DNA of 46,706 nt. Origin: Leucoraja erinacea. Its lineage: Eukaryota. The notes below the pieces were generated by a model, which was not told the origin of the DNA, did no database searches, and saw nothing but the letters and a program-made list of their open reading frames with translations. The translations under genes and the position numbers were made by a program. Below, piece by piece: positions 1-12,084 of the stretch; position 1 is the first letter of the stretch, and each line of letters begins with the position of its first letter. The stretch lies in NCBI RefSeq assembly GCF_028641065.1, contig NW_026576165.1:124001-170706 (forward strand). The letters are read 5' to 3'.

Positions 1-72
1 TGCGTTGGGCAAATTCCTTGTATGTGCACGTATTTGGCCAATAAAATCTATTCAATTGTTCCCAATCCGCAG

Positions 73-163
73 ATCGCACTGGAGAACGGGTTTGGGGGAG
101 TCTACGGGCAGCAGAAGGCGGACTGGATGGTGACGGCTGTGGAGCGGTACTTTCTGGACAACG
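73..163 (+). CDS. TSR2: TSR2 pre-rRNA processing protein, internal exon ([30 protein letters not shown])
   Basis: ccgcag| acceptor and G|gtgaga donor; 91 bp, phase 0 to 1; resembles recalled human TSR2 [27 protein letters not shown]. Confidence 0.93.
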
Positions 164-292
164 GTGAGAAATGTCTGAAACGGTGCAGGCTCTTCGGCCC
201 ACGATACCCATGCCAAATCTAATGTCAAGTCGATCTCATGGATATACATTCAAGCTGAAGAAGGGGGTACTGTCCGAGGGGGTACTGCATTA

Positions 293-937
293 GCATTGTT
301 AGCATTCATAGCAAAAGGATTTGAATATAGGAGCAGGGAGGTTCTACTGCAGTTGTACAGGGTCTTGGTGAGACCACACCTGGAGTATTGCGTGCAGTTT
401 TGGTCCCCAAATCTGAGGAAAGACATTCTTGCCATAGAGGGAGTACAGAGAAGGTTCACCAGACTGATTCCTGGGATGTCAGGACTTTCATATGAAGAAA
501 GACTGGATAGACTCGGCTTGTACTCGCTGGAATTTAGAAGATTGAGGGGGGAATCTTATAGAAACTTACAAAATTCTTCAGGGGTTGGACAGGCTAGATG
601 CAGGAAGATTGTTCCCGATGTTGGGGAAGTCCAGGACAAGGGGTCACAGCTTAAGGATAAGGGGGAAATCCTTTAAAACCGAGATGAGAAGAACTTTTTT
701 CACACAGAGAGTGGTGAATCTCTGGAACTCTCTGCCACAGAGGGTAGTTGAGGCCAGTTCATTGGCTATATTTAAGAGGGAGTTAGATGTGGCCCTTGTG
801 GCTAAAGGGATCAGGGGGTATGGAGAGAAGGCAGCTACAGGATACTGAGTTGGATGATCAGCCGTGATCATATTGAATGGCGGTGCAGGCTCAAAGGGCC
901 GAAGGGCCTACTCCTGCACCTATTTTCTATGTTTCTA
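293..937 (+). mobile_element. CR1 LINE 3' fragment
   Basis: [15 protein letters not shown]...YEERL...WNSLP ORF2 C-terminus, 3' stem-loop and (TTTCTATG)n tail. Confidence 0.92.
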
Positions 938-1350
938 CCTTCCTTCCATCGAGTGGATTTATCGCAGTCGCTGCCTCAAAAAGACTGGCAGTATCATCAA
1001 AGACCCACACACCATCCTGGCCACACACTCATCTCCCTGCTACCTTCAGGTAGAAGGTACAGGAGCCTGAAGACTGCAACGTCCAGGTTCAGGAATAGCT
1101 ACTTCCCCACAGCCATCAGGCTATTAAACCTGGCTCGGACAAAACTCTGATTATTAATAACCACTTTCTGTTATTTGCACTTTATCAGTTTATTTATTTA
1201 TTCATGTGTGTATATCTTTATATCATGGTATATGGACACACTGATCTGTTCTGTAGTAAATGCCTACTATGTTCTGTGTGCTGAAGCAAAGCAAGAATTT
1301 CATTGTCCTATACAGGGACACATGACAATAAACTCACGTGAACTTGAACT
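938..1350 (+). mobile_element. Rex1/Babar-type LINE 3' fragment
   Basis: HPGHTLISLLPSGRRYRSLKTATSRFRNSYFP, then AATAAA and a (CTTGAA)-like tail. Confidence 0.75.
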
Positions 1351-1359
1351 TATTTACTA

Positions 1360-1588
1360 TCGCCCGCCGGGGGCTTTGACTCTGACATCGGGAGGAGAAC
1401 GAGGAGTGCAGGGGAGAGATAAGACTTTGCCTTCCATCACAGTGAGGCGGAGATTCACTGTGATGCATGTCTGTGTAAATTGTGTTGTGTCTTGGTTCTT
1501 CTTCTTGTTTGTATGACTGCGGAAACCAAATTTCGTTTGAACCTCTGCGTTCAAATGACAACAAATAAATTGTATTGTATTGTATTGA
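1360..1588 (+). mobile_element. 3' end of an unclassified retroposon with hairpins and a (TTGTA)n tail
   Basis: catcacagtga...tcactgtgatg inverted repeat, tttgaac...gttcaaa hairpin, AATAAA and TTGTA repeats. Confidence 0.5.
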
Positions 1589-1949
1589 GATGCGTTTTTA
1601 TGTTGTTGATCATCTTTCACCCGTATCTGAAACATTTAATTTTTAAGATACTGTTGCACATTATGTTAGGGAGTTAAAACGGGAGTTGCACATTGTGTTA
1701 GGGAGTAAAACAGCTGTTATGACGAGAGGTACCATTGTCTGATACCACAGGATATTAGCCCCGATCATTGGTATGTCTATTCTTTGATTAAGAACTGAAA
1801 AACAAGTTCTTATCTGTGTTTCTCTCGTATCATGACGGCTGATCTGCAACGCCTGTTTTTAATAGCGCATTGTGCCTTAAAATGTCTGCCATGGGTAAAA
1901 TAAAATGTCTACTACAGCGTTAACCGGAAGTGTTGGAGCTAGAGGCGGT

Positions 1950-2727
1950 CACAGACAATAGACGATAGGTGCAGGAATAGAGGCCATTCGGCCCTTTGAG
2001 CCAGCACCGCCATTCAATGTGATCACGGCTGATCATCCCCAATCAGTCCCCCTTCCTGCCTTCTCCCCATATCCCCTGACTCCGCTATTTTTAAGAGCCC
2101 TATCCAGCTCTCTCATGAAAGCATCCAGAGAACTGGCCTCCACCGCCCTCTGAGGCAGAGGATTCCACACTCACAACTCTGTGTGTGGAAAAAGTGTTTC
2201 CTCGTCTCCGTTCTAAATGGCCAACCCCTTATTCTTAAACTGTGTGTGTGTGTGTGTGTGTGTGTGGCCCCTGGTTTTGGAGTCCCCCAACATCGGGAAC
2301 ATGTTTCCTGCCTCTAGCGTGTCCAAATCCTTAATAATCTTATATATGTTTCAATGAGATATCCTCTCATTCTTCCAAGAGTGAGTGTACAAGCCCAGCC
2401 GCTCCATTCTCTCAGTATATGACAGTCCCGCCATCCCGGGAATTAACCTGGTGAACCTATGCTGCACTCCCTCAATAGCACGAATGTTATTCCCCAAATT
2501 AGGGGATCAAAACTAACAACAATACTCCAGGTGTGGTCTCACCAGGGCCCTGTACAACTGCAGAAGGACCTCTTTGCTCCTATACTCAATTCCTCTTGTT
2601 ATAAAGGCCAACATGACATTGGCTTTCTTCACTGCCTGCTGTACCTGCATGCTTACTTTCATAGACTGATGAACAAGGACCCCCAGATCCCGTTGTACTT
2701 CCCCTTTTCCCAACGACGCCATTTAGA
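1950..2727 (-). mobile_element. CR1 LINE fragment, subfamily with an internal (CA)n
   Basis: LGKGEVQRDLGVLV...LVRPHLEYC; tail TATTGTC. Confidence 0.88.
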
Positions 2728-2831
2728 CAGGGAGGGGTGTGGGAATGGCGCACTCTCCTGCCGAGCCAGTCCCCAGCTGGACCCCACGCTTCAGCCATGC
2801 TCACCCTCTGACCGTCCTATCCTCCCCACAG

Positions 2832-2923
2832 CGGACCTGGACAGAGTGGAGGTGGAGGAGCTGCTGGCCGAGCTGCTGGACAACGAGTTTGACACGGTGG
2901 TGGAGGACGGCAGCGTGTCGGAG
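2832..2923 (+). CDS. TSR2: TSR2 exon (ADLDRVEVEELLAELLDNEFDTVVEDGSVSE)
   Basis: ccccacag| acceptor and GAG|gtacga donor; 92 bp, phase 1 to 0; conserved NEFDTVVEDGS motif. Confidence 0.95.
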
Positions 2924-3019
2924 GTACGAGGGGTCACTGTGAGGGGCGTAGGTGCCCGAGGGAGGTGGGCTGCAGAGGGGGAGGAGTGCGGGGGCCAGTG
3001 GGAGAGGAGGGTGGTAGAG

Positions 3020-3790
3020 TGACAGCCGCAGGGAAGAAGCTGTTCCTGGACCTGCTGGTTCAGCAACGGAGAGACCTGTAGCGCCTCCCGGATGGTAGGA
3101 GGGTAAACAGTCCATGGTTGGGGTGAGAGCAGTCCTTGGCGATGCTGAGCGCCCTCCGCAGACAGCGCTTGCTTTGGACAGACTCAATGGAGGGGAGCGT
3201 GGAACCGGTGATGCGTTGGGCAATTTTCACCACCCTCTGCAATGCCTTCCGGTCGGAGACAGAGCAGTTGCCGTACCATACTGTGATGATATATATATAC
3301 ACAATAAATAAATAAATAGATAAAGAACAATGGCCCGTTATAGTTCAGAGTTTGATGGTGAGTTTAATAGGCTGTGGGGAAGTAGCTATTCCTGAACCTG
3401 GACGTTGCAGTCTTCAGGCTCCTGTACCTTCCACCTGATGGCAGCGGGGAGATGAGTGTGTGGCCAGGATGGTGTGTGGGTCCTTGATGATGCGGCCAGC
3501 CTCTTTGAGGCAGCGACTGCGATAGATCCCCTTGATGGTGGGGAGGTCAGAGCCATTGCTGCACTGGGCAGTGGTCACAACTTTCTGTTCCGCTCTAGGG
3601 CAGGGCGCTCAAGTTGCCGAACCAAGCCACGATGCAACCGGTCAGCATGCTCTCTGCCGTGCACCTGTAGAAGTTCGAGAGAGTCCTCCTTGACAAACCG
3701 ACTCTCCGTAATCTTCTCGGGGGGTAGAGGCGCTGATGTGCTATCTTTATGATTGCACCAGTGTTCTCGGACCAGGAAAGATCTTTGAAG
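3020..3790 (-). mobile_element. Two Rex1/Babar-type LINE fragments
   Basis: ITVWYGNCSVSDRKALQRVVKIAQRITG...LLPSGRRYRSL; a second degraded copy at about 3300-3790. Confidence 0.78.
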
Positions 3791-3804
3791 GGCAGGTGTA
3801 AGGG

Positions 3805-3837
<33 letters not shown>

Positions 3838-3873
3838 AGGGGCTGTTGTGACCCCGTTGTTTGCCGTTGCCAG

Positions 3874-4074
3874 GTGGCGGAGGAGATCTGGACGACCTTT
3901 GCCCTGTGCCGGAGGGGTCAGGAGGAGGAGGTGAGAGGTCGCATCCAGAGGCTGGTCCAGAGGAGGCGCAGCGTCAGGGTGGAGGTGGTGGCGGGGACGA
4001 GCGGGGCCGAGGGAGCCGGGGATGAAGATAGCGAGGAGGAGGAGGAGGAGGAGGAGGAAGATGGCGGAGCAGAG
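3874..4074 (+). CDS. TSR2: TSR2 exon (VAEEIWTTF...acidic poly-Glu...DGGAE)
   Basis: ttgccag| acceptor and GAG|gtgagg donor; 201 bp, phase 0 to 0; acidic tract as in TSR2. Confidence 0.88.
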
Positions 4075-4247
4075 GTGAGGCCTTTGAGTCGGAGAACTAC
4101 CAACCTAACGTCCACTGAGGCTGAGTCGTAGAGAGATACAGCGTGGCCCAACTTGGCCCACAACGGCCAACGACACCCGACCCAGCTACACGAGTCCCAC
4201 CTGCCCGCGTTTGGCCCATATCCCTCCAAACCTGTCCTATCCATGTA

Positions 4248-5165
4248 CGAGATTGATCCCTGGGATGGCGGGACTGTCATATGAGGAAAGATTGAAAAGA
4301 CGAGGCTTGTATTCGCTGGAGTTTAGAAGGATGAGGGGGCATCTTATAGAAACATATAAAATTATAAAAGGACTGGACAAGCTAGATGCAGGAAAAATGT
4401 TCCCAATGTTGGGCGAGTCCAAAACCAGGGGCCACACACACAGTCTTAGAATAAAGGGGAGGCCATTTAAGACTGAGGTGAGAAAAAACTTTTCCACCCA
4501 GAGAGTTGTGTGAATTTGTGGAATTCCCTGCCACAGAGGGCAGTGGAGGCCAAGTCACTGGATGGATTTAAGAGAGAGTTAGATAGAGCTCTCGGGGCTA
4601 GTGGAGTCAAGGGATATGGGGAGAAGGCAGGCACGGGTTATTGATAGGGGACGATTCAAGCCAGCACCGCCATTCAATGTGATCACGGCTGATCATCCCC
4701 AATCAGTACCTCGTTCCTGCCTTCTCCCCATATCCCCTGACTCCGCTATCTTTAAGAGCCCTATCTAGCTCTCTCTTGAAAGCATCCAGAGAACCGGCCT
4801 CTGAGGCAGAGAATTCCACAGACTCACAACTCTGTGAGAAAAAGTGTTTCCTCATCTCCGTTCTAAATCGCCGACCCCTTATTCTTAAACTGTGTGTGTG
4901 TGTGTGTGTGGCCCCTGATTCTGGACTCCCCCAACATCGGGAACATGCCTCTAGCGTGTCCAAACCCTTAATAATCTTATATGTTTCAATAAGATGCCCT
5001 CTCATCCTTCTATATTCCAGTGTACAAGCCCACAGCCGCTCCATTCTCTCAGCATATGACAGTCCCGCCATCCCGGGAATTAACCTGTGCTGCATGATCA
5101 CAGTGAATGGCGATGCTGGCTCGAAGGGCCGAATGGCCTCTACTCCTGCACCTGTCGTCTATTGC
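4248..5165. mobile_element. CR1 fragments in opposite orientations (+ at about 4248-4655, - at about 4660-5090)
   Basis: [18 protein letters not shown] pieces on both strands. Confidence 0.85.
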
Positions 5166-5227
5166 CCGTAAACGTACGTTACCGCGGTGTTAAGGGCGGG
5201 CTGGAGGGGCAAGGGTATCAGGCCCCT

Positions 5228-6270
5228 CATAGAAACATAGAAATTAGGTGCAGGAGTAGAGGCCATTTGGCCCTTCGAGCCTGCACCATTCGCCATTCAA
5301 TATGATCATGGCTGATCATCCAACTCAGTATCCCGTACCTGCCTTCTCTCCATACCCCCTGATCCCCTTAGCCACATCTAACTCCCTCTTAAATATAGCC
5401 AATGAACTGTGCCTCGACTACCCTCTGCGGCAGAGAGTTCCAGAGATTCACCTCTCTCTGTGTGAAAAAAGTTCTTCTCATCTCGGTTTTAAAGGATTTC
5501 CCCCTTATCCTTAAGCTGTGACCCCTTGTCCTGGACTTCCCCAACATCGGGAGCAATCTTCCTGCATCTAGCCTGTCCAACCCCTTAAGAATTTTGTAAG
5601 TTTCTATAAGATCCCCTCTCAATCTCCTAAATTCTAGAGAGTATAAACCAAGTCTATCCAGTCTTTCTTCATAAGACAGTCCTGACATCCCAGGAATCAG
5701 TCTGGTGAACCTTCTCTACACTCCCTCTATGGCAAGAATGACCTTCCTCAGATTTGGAGACCAAAACTGAACGCAATACTCCAGGTGTGGTCTCACCAAG
5801 ACCCTGTACAACTGCAGTAGAACCCCCCTGCTCCTATACTCAAATCCTTTTGCTATGAATGCAAGTCAAGTCAAGTTTATTTGTCACATACACATACGAG
5901 ATGTGCAGTGAAATGAAAGTGGCAATGCTCGCGGACTTTTGTGCAAAAGACAAACAACAAAACAACCAAACAAATTATAGACACAATCATAACACACATA
6001 TTCTTTTACATAATAAATAGTGGAAGGAAAAACGTTCTGTAGAGTTAGTCCCTGGTGAGATAGGCGTTTACAGTCCGAATTGCCTCTGGGAAGAAACTCC
6101 TTCTCAACCTCTCCGTTCTCACCGCATGGCAACGGAGGCGTTTGCCTGAATGCTAACATACCATTGGCTTTCTTCACTGCCTGCTGCACCTGCATGCCTA
6201 CTTTCAATGACTGGTGTACCATGACACCCAGGTCTCGCTGCATCTCCCCTTTTCCTAGTCGGCCACCTAG
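5228..6270 (-). mobile_element. CR1 fragment interrupted by a 284-bp LINE 3' end (5863-6146) with a TGAATGC target-site duplication
   Basis: CR1 ORF on both sides; insert has AATAAA and a (CTTGA)n tail on the - strand; duplication at 5856-5862 and 6147-6153. Confidence 0.88.
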
Positions 6271-6376
6271 TCTTGTGTTGAGCGGGTTCCACTGACACTG
6301 TTCCCTCTGTGTGTGTGTGTGTGTGTGTCTCTGTTTGTGCATGTTTCTATGTGTGTGTGTGTGTCTGTGTGTACAG

Positions 6377-6505
6377 GCCATGGACTGTGAGAGCCAGCCC
6401 TCCCCGGGCCCCGGCCCCCACTGCCCAGCCGCTGCCCAGGGCCCGAGCGAGGACAAGAGGGAGGCCACGGATGAGTGGACGGTGGTTCGGCGCAAGAGGA
6501 AGTAG
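6377..6505 (+). CDS. TSR2: TSR2 last coding exon (AMDCESQ...DEWTVVRRKRK*)
   Basis: gtacag| acceptor, phase 0; C-terminal WTVVRRK resembles TSR2 DGWTIVRRKK; TAG stop. Confidence 0.9.
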   Translation, partial: AMDCESQPSPGPGPHCPAAAQGPSEDKREATDEWTVVRRKRK

Positions 6506-6624
6506 GCAAGGGAGGAGGTCGAGGGGCCAGACACCTCCCTCGTCAACGTACGACCCGGCCCCAACAGGGGCTTGAAACCACGTGGGGAAACTCACTGGCA
6601 AAGGGACAGACAGGAACGCACGCA

Positions 6625-7260
6625 CTCTTTCCCCTCTTACCCCCTCTCTGCTCCATCCTCTCTCTCCTCCTGCCCTCTCATCCTCCCCTCTTCCTCTCCT
6701 CTCTCTCCCTCTCCTCTCTCTTCCTCTCCTCTCTTCCTCTCTTCCTCTCCTCTCTTCTCTCCTCTCTTCCCTCTCCTCTCTTCCCTCTCCTCTCTTCTTC
6801 CCTCTCCTCTCTTCCCTCTCCTCTCTCCCTCTCCTCTCTCCCTCTCTCCTCTCTTCCTCTCCTCTCTTCCCTCTCCTCTCTTCCCTCTCCTCTCTTCCTC
6901 CCCTCTCTTCCCTCTCCTCTCTTCCTCTCCTCTCTTCCTCTCCTCTCTTCCTCTCCTCTCTTCCCTCTCCTCTCTTCCCTCTCCTCCCCTCTCCTCTCTT
7001 CCCTCTCCTCTCTTCCCTCTCCTCTCTCTTTCTCCCCTCTCTTTCTCCCCTCTCTTCCTCTCCTCTCTCCACTCTCTCCCTCCTCCTCTCCTAACCCCTC
7101 CTTCTCCCTTCTCTCCCTCCTCCTCCTCTGCTCTCCTCCCCTCTCTTCCCCCTTCTCCGCTCTCCGCCCGTCTCTCCCTCTTTCCTCCCTTCCTCCTCTG
7201 CTCCCTCCCTCCTCCTCTCTCCTCCCCTCTCTCCCTCCTCCTGCCCTCTCTCCCTCCTCA
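6625..7260. repeat. CT-rich polypyrimidine tract, units like CTCTCCTCTCTTCC
   Basis: Almost pure C/T on the + strand. Confidence 0.95.
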
Positions 7261-8024
7261 GCTAAATGGTTTGGAATTGGCTTTATCATGTGGGCAGCAG
7301 TAATCAACAGAAGAACAACATGTGCTGGAGTAACTCAGCGGGTCAGGCAGCATCTCTGGAGAACGTGGACAGGTACAAAGTGCTGGAGTAACTCAGCGGG
7401 TCAGGCAGCATCTCTGGAGGAGGTGGAGACGAGTGTCCTACAGATTGGTCACGTCCCGATGCCGGCACGCTTCCCGGTGACGGCGTGGTGAACAGCCGGC
7501 GGGCCGCGGTGAAGAAGGGATGCGGCAACGGGCTGCCCCCGAGGCTTTACGCCTTCTTCCCGCGAGAACAGTCAGCCGGCAATGTCCCGCGCCTCCCCGA
7601 GCCACCCCCTCCGAGCGGCCCGTACCGTCGGCAGGCGGGCGATCGGCCTCCAATCCATCGCCGGTTGAGACACTCTGAGGGGTGTACGTGTGTTCGGCGA
7701 GAGAACTTCCCCGCGAACGGACAAAGGAGAGCCGACAATCGCCATCCAGGGCTGGTGAATGTCATCGTCCTAAACGTTCCCGGTTGGACATTTGCAAGTT
7801 GACTTTTTTTGTCAATAACGGAAGCAGAAATGACAAATTAAAGGCAGTTTTATGCCTCAAGACGATGGATCGAGACTCTTGCCATTATATTTGTTTGCGG
7901 GATAAATCTTGGAACGATTTGCTCAATTTGTCAATGAGGAACTATTTTGGAATTGGCCCTCCCATCGCACGCTTCTGCCCCTCTCCCCACCCGCAAGTGG
8001 TACCTTTAGACTAAGGCTTTAGAG

Positions 8025-8986
8025 CAGTGGTTCCCAACCCATTTTTTTGGCCATGCCCCACCTAATCACCTCTAAAATCCTGATGCCCCCCCCCCCCCAT
8101 GTGGTGATATATAATTCTTATAATTTAAAAAGTGAACTCCGTTTCAGCTGAAGAAGCTTAAAACGCCAATACCTTGGTTTAAACAAGCTTCAAAAGAACA
8201 TGGCATCCATGGGATGTCAGGACTGTCTTATGAAGAAAGACTGGATAGACTTGGTTTATACTCTCTAGAATTTAGAAGATTGAGAAGGGATCTTATAGAA
8301 ACTTACAACATTCTTAAGGGGTTGGACAGGCTAGATGCAGGAAGATTGTTCCCGATGTTGGGGAAGTCCAGGACAAGGGGTCACAGCTTAAGGATAAGGG
8401 GGAAATCCTTTAAAACCGAGATGAGAAGAACTTTTTTCACACAGAGAGTGGTGAATCTCTGGAACTCTCTGCCACAGAGGGTAGTTGAGGCCAGTTCATT
8501 GGCTATATTTTAGAGGGAGTTAGATGTGGCCCTTGTGGCCAAGGTGATCAGAGGGAATGGAGAGAAGGCAGGTACGGGATACTGAGTTGGATGATCAGCC
8601 ATGATCGTATTGAATGGCGGTGCAGGCTCGAAGGGCCGAATGGCCTCTACTCCTGCACCTAATTTCTATGTTTCTATGAAAAAGAAAAATGAAATAAACA
8701 AGACGGTTAATGTTCTGAGCAAGAAATTACTAAAAAATTGTTAAAAAAAAGAAAAAAACATTAGGTGGTATTAAAATAATAATAATGATAAATATGATCA
8801 TAAAAGAGTATTCACAGGTAATAAAGAGAGGGAAAATTTCTATATTAGAATATTGAAATATTTGTGGATTGGCTCATAAGAAAAATCGAAAATTTGGACC
8901 CAGACCTCCTCAGTCGCGCTCAATTGCCCCCCTTAAAAATCAAATTGCCCCCCTGTGGGGCGTACGCCCCACGTTGGGAACCACTG
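8025..8986. mobile_element. Non-autonomous hAT (Charlie-like) element containing a nested CR1 (about 8210-8678, +)
   Basis: Terminal inverted repeats CAGTGGTTCCCAAC and GTTGGGAACCACTG; perfect 8-bp duplication CTTTAGAG at 8017-8024 and 8987-8994. Confidence 0.88.
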
Positions 8987-9180
8987 CTTTAGAGATACAG
9001 CGCGGAAACAGGCCCTTCGGCCCCACCGAGTCCGTGCCGACCAGCGATCGCCCGTTCACACACTAGTTTAGTTTGGAGATACAGCGCGGAAACAGGCCCT
9101 TCGGCCCCACCAGTTCCGCGCCCACCAGCGATCGCTCCGTACACTAGCGCTATCTTACACACTGGGGGCAATTTTACAAT
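8987..9180 (-). mobile_element. HE1-like SINE 3' ends, tandem duplicated
   Basis: Two copies of gagatacagcgcggaaacaggcccttcggccc, a CR1-type 3' stem-loop in reverse. Confidence 0.65.
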
Positions 9181-9289
9181 TGTGGTCGATTTGTTGAACC
9201 TGTTCAAACGAATGTTCAACCTGTTGTTCAACCTGTTGAAACTCGCCCTGGAACTGGGCAGCCAGCAACAGTCCAACAGTCGCTGACAC

Positions 9290-9450
9290 AAGATAGACAC
9301 AAAATGCTGGAGCAACTCAGCGGGACAGGCAGCATCTGTGGAGAGAAGGAATGGGTGACGTTTTCGGGTCGAGACCCTTCTTCAGACTTCAGGTCTCGAC
9401 CCGAAACCTCACCCATTCCTTCTCTCCAGAGATGCTGCCTGTCCTGCTTA
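9290..9450. mobile_element. Palindromic short element derived from a Penelope terminus
   Basis: Inverted arms gacaggcagcatct...gggtcgagacc and ggtctcgaccc...agatgctgcctgtc; similar to Penelope ends at 19480-19595. Confidence 0.7.
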
Positions 9451-9454
9451 GTTA

Positions 9455-10250
9455 CATAGAAACATGGAAAATAGCTACTGGAGGAGACCATTTGGCCCTT
9501 CGAGCCAGCACCGCCATTCATTGCGATCATGGCTGATCGTCCCCTATCAATAACCCGTGCCTGCCTTCTCCCCATATTCCTTCATTCCACTAGCCCCTAG
9601 AGCTCTATCTAACTCTCTCTTAAATCCATCCAGTTACTCTGCCTCAACTACCTTCTGTGGCAGAGAATTCCACAGATTCACCACTCTCTGTGTGTGAAAA
9701 ATGTTTTCCTCACCTCGGTCCTAAAAGATTTCCCCCCTTATCCTTAAACTGTGACTTTTCACGCAGAGAGTGGTGAATCTGTGGAATTCTCTCCCGCAGA
9801 AGGTAGTTGAGGCCACACAGTTCATTGACTATATTTAAGAGGGAGTTAGATGTGGCCCTTGTGGCTAAAGGGATCAGGCTGTATGGAGAGAAAGCAGGGA
9901 TGGGATACTGAGTTGGATGATCATATTGAATGGCGGTGCAGGCTCGAAGGGCCGAATGGCCTACTCCTGCACCTATTTTCTATGTTTCTATGTTTTCCTC
10001 ATCTCGGTCCTAAAAGATTTTCCCCTTATCCTTAAACTGTGACCCCTTGTTCTGGACTTCCCCAATATCGGGAACAATCTTCCTGCATCTAGCCTGTCCA
10101 ACCCCTTAAGAATTTTGTAAGTTTCTATAAGACCCCCCCTCAATCTTCTAAATTCTAGCGAGTACAAGCCGAGTCTATCCAGTCTTTCTCCATATGAAAG
10201 TCCTGACATCCCAGGAATCAGTCTGGTGAACCTTCTCTGTACTCCCTCTG
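9455..10250. mobile_element. Rearranged CR1 3' fragments (-, +, -)
   Basis: CR1 3' sequences switch strand near 9755 and 9995. Confidence 0.82.
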
Positions 10251-10629
10251 TGCAGCAGCTGCTGCTGCACTCCACGGGCTGCACTACGTCGGGACGGGTG
10301 AGACGGGGTCTGACCCGACAGTCCCCTCGAACGCGACAGGGAAGGATTAGTATAAGAAAGACAATGACAGGTTTGTAATTTAAGATTAGTTTTGCAAGTA
10401 TTTTATTAAAAATTCTTATAAAATTGTATAAAATGAAATGTACAAGATACACTTATTATCCTGGTGTAACATGGGGAGACAACATATACAAAATGGTGTA
10501 CAATATCGTCCCATCGAGCCTGCGTTTACCAGCGATCCCCGCACACTAACGCTATCCCAAACACACAGTAGGGACAATTTAGAATTTGTTGCCAAAGTCA
10601 ATTAGCCTACAAACCTGAGACAGCCACAA

Positions 10630-11535
10630 AATTTAGAAGGATGAGAGGTTATCTTATTGAAACTTGTAAGATTATTAAGGGTTTGGACACGCTTGAGGCA
10701 GGAAACATTTTCCTGATGTTGGGGGAGTCCAGAACCAGGGATAGCGGGACTGTCATATGTTGAAAGAATGGTGCGGCTGGGCTTGTATACACTGGAGTTT
10801 AGAAGGATGAGAGGATATCTTATTGAAACATGTAAGATTATTAAGGGTTTGGACACACTAGAGGCAGGAAATATGTTCCTGATGTTGGCGGAGTCCAGAA
10901 CCAGGGATGACGGGACTGTCAAATGTTGAAAGAATGGAGCGGCTAGCCTTGTATACACTGGAGTTTAAAAGGATGAGAGGGTATGTTATTGAAACGTAAG
11001 ATTATTAAGGGTTTCGACACGCTAGAGGCAGGAAACATGTTCCCGATGTTGGGGTAGCCCAGAACCAGGGATGGCGGGACTCATATGTTGAAAGAATGGA
11101 GCGGCTGGGCTTGTATTCACTGGAGTTTAGAAGGATGAGAGGGTATGTTTTTGAAACATGTAAGATTATTAAGGGTTTGGACACGCTAGAGGCAGGAAAC
11201 ATGTTCCCGATGTTGGGGGAGTCCAGAACCAGGGGCCACACACACACACACACACACACAGTTTAAGAATAATGGGTCGGCCATTTAGAACGGAGTTGAG
11301 GAAACACTTTTTTACCCAGAGAGTTGTGAGTCTGGAATTCTCTGCCTCAGAGGCCGGTTCTCTGGATGCTTTCAAGAGAGAGCTAGATAGGGCTCTTAAA
11401 GATAGCGGAGTCAGGGGATATGGGGAGAAGGCAGGAACGGGGTACTGATTGGGGATGATCAGCCGTGATCACATTGAATGGCGGTGCTGGGTCGAAGGGC
11501 CGAATGGCCTCTACTCCTCCACCTATTGTCTATTG
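10630..11535 (+). mobile_element. CR1 fragment with internal tandem repeats of about 165 bp
   Basis: Junction ccagggat recurs at about 10735, 10901 and 11065, followed by a normal 3' end. Confidence 0.82.
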
Positions 11536-12084
11536 TCTTTTGCTCCCTTTTCTCTCGTTTTGTTTCTGCCGTCCTCCGACTCAGGAGAGAGTGTGCAGTG
11601 CCCAGCGGATCCTCGGACACATCCCGGCCCAGATCATTTGTTAACGTTGCAAGCAAGCTTTAAATCGAGAGACACCTCACAAAATGGCAGCCTGGTTTGT
11701 CGTTGATTCCTGTAGTAAGGAACTGCAGATGCCGGTTCACACCAAAGATAAAACACACAATGCTGGAGTAACTCGGCGAGAGATGCAGCAATCTCAGGAG
11801 AGATGGAATGTCTGACATTTTTGGGTCGTGATCCTTCTACATACAGAGGCAGACTAGAGATATGGAAGGGTAAGGTGTGAAAACGACAGATCATCGCTGG
11901 ATTAGCGCCTTGCAGCATCGGGAAGCGTTGAATGGAGAATTTTGCTGCCTGTGTTTGTGTCTTGGTCACAGGTTCCAGAGAGGACAATCTCACAACGTGC
12001 TGGACGGCAACTTGGAAAGGACAGAATGCTGGTGGCTGAAATAGTAACAACAATATTCGCAATATTTAAAGACACAAACAGTAG

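Noticed and set aside
6347-7491. Long ORFs of 170-338 aa on both strands
   Set aside because: They are translations of CT/GA low-complexity sequence that lacks stop codons.
9189-9242. Short imperfect tgttcaacc repeats
   Set aside because: Too short and degenerate to assign; probably slippage.
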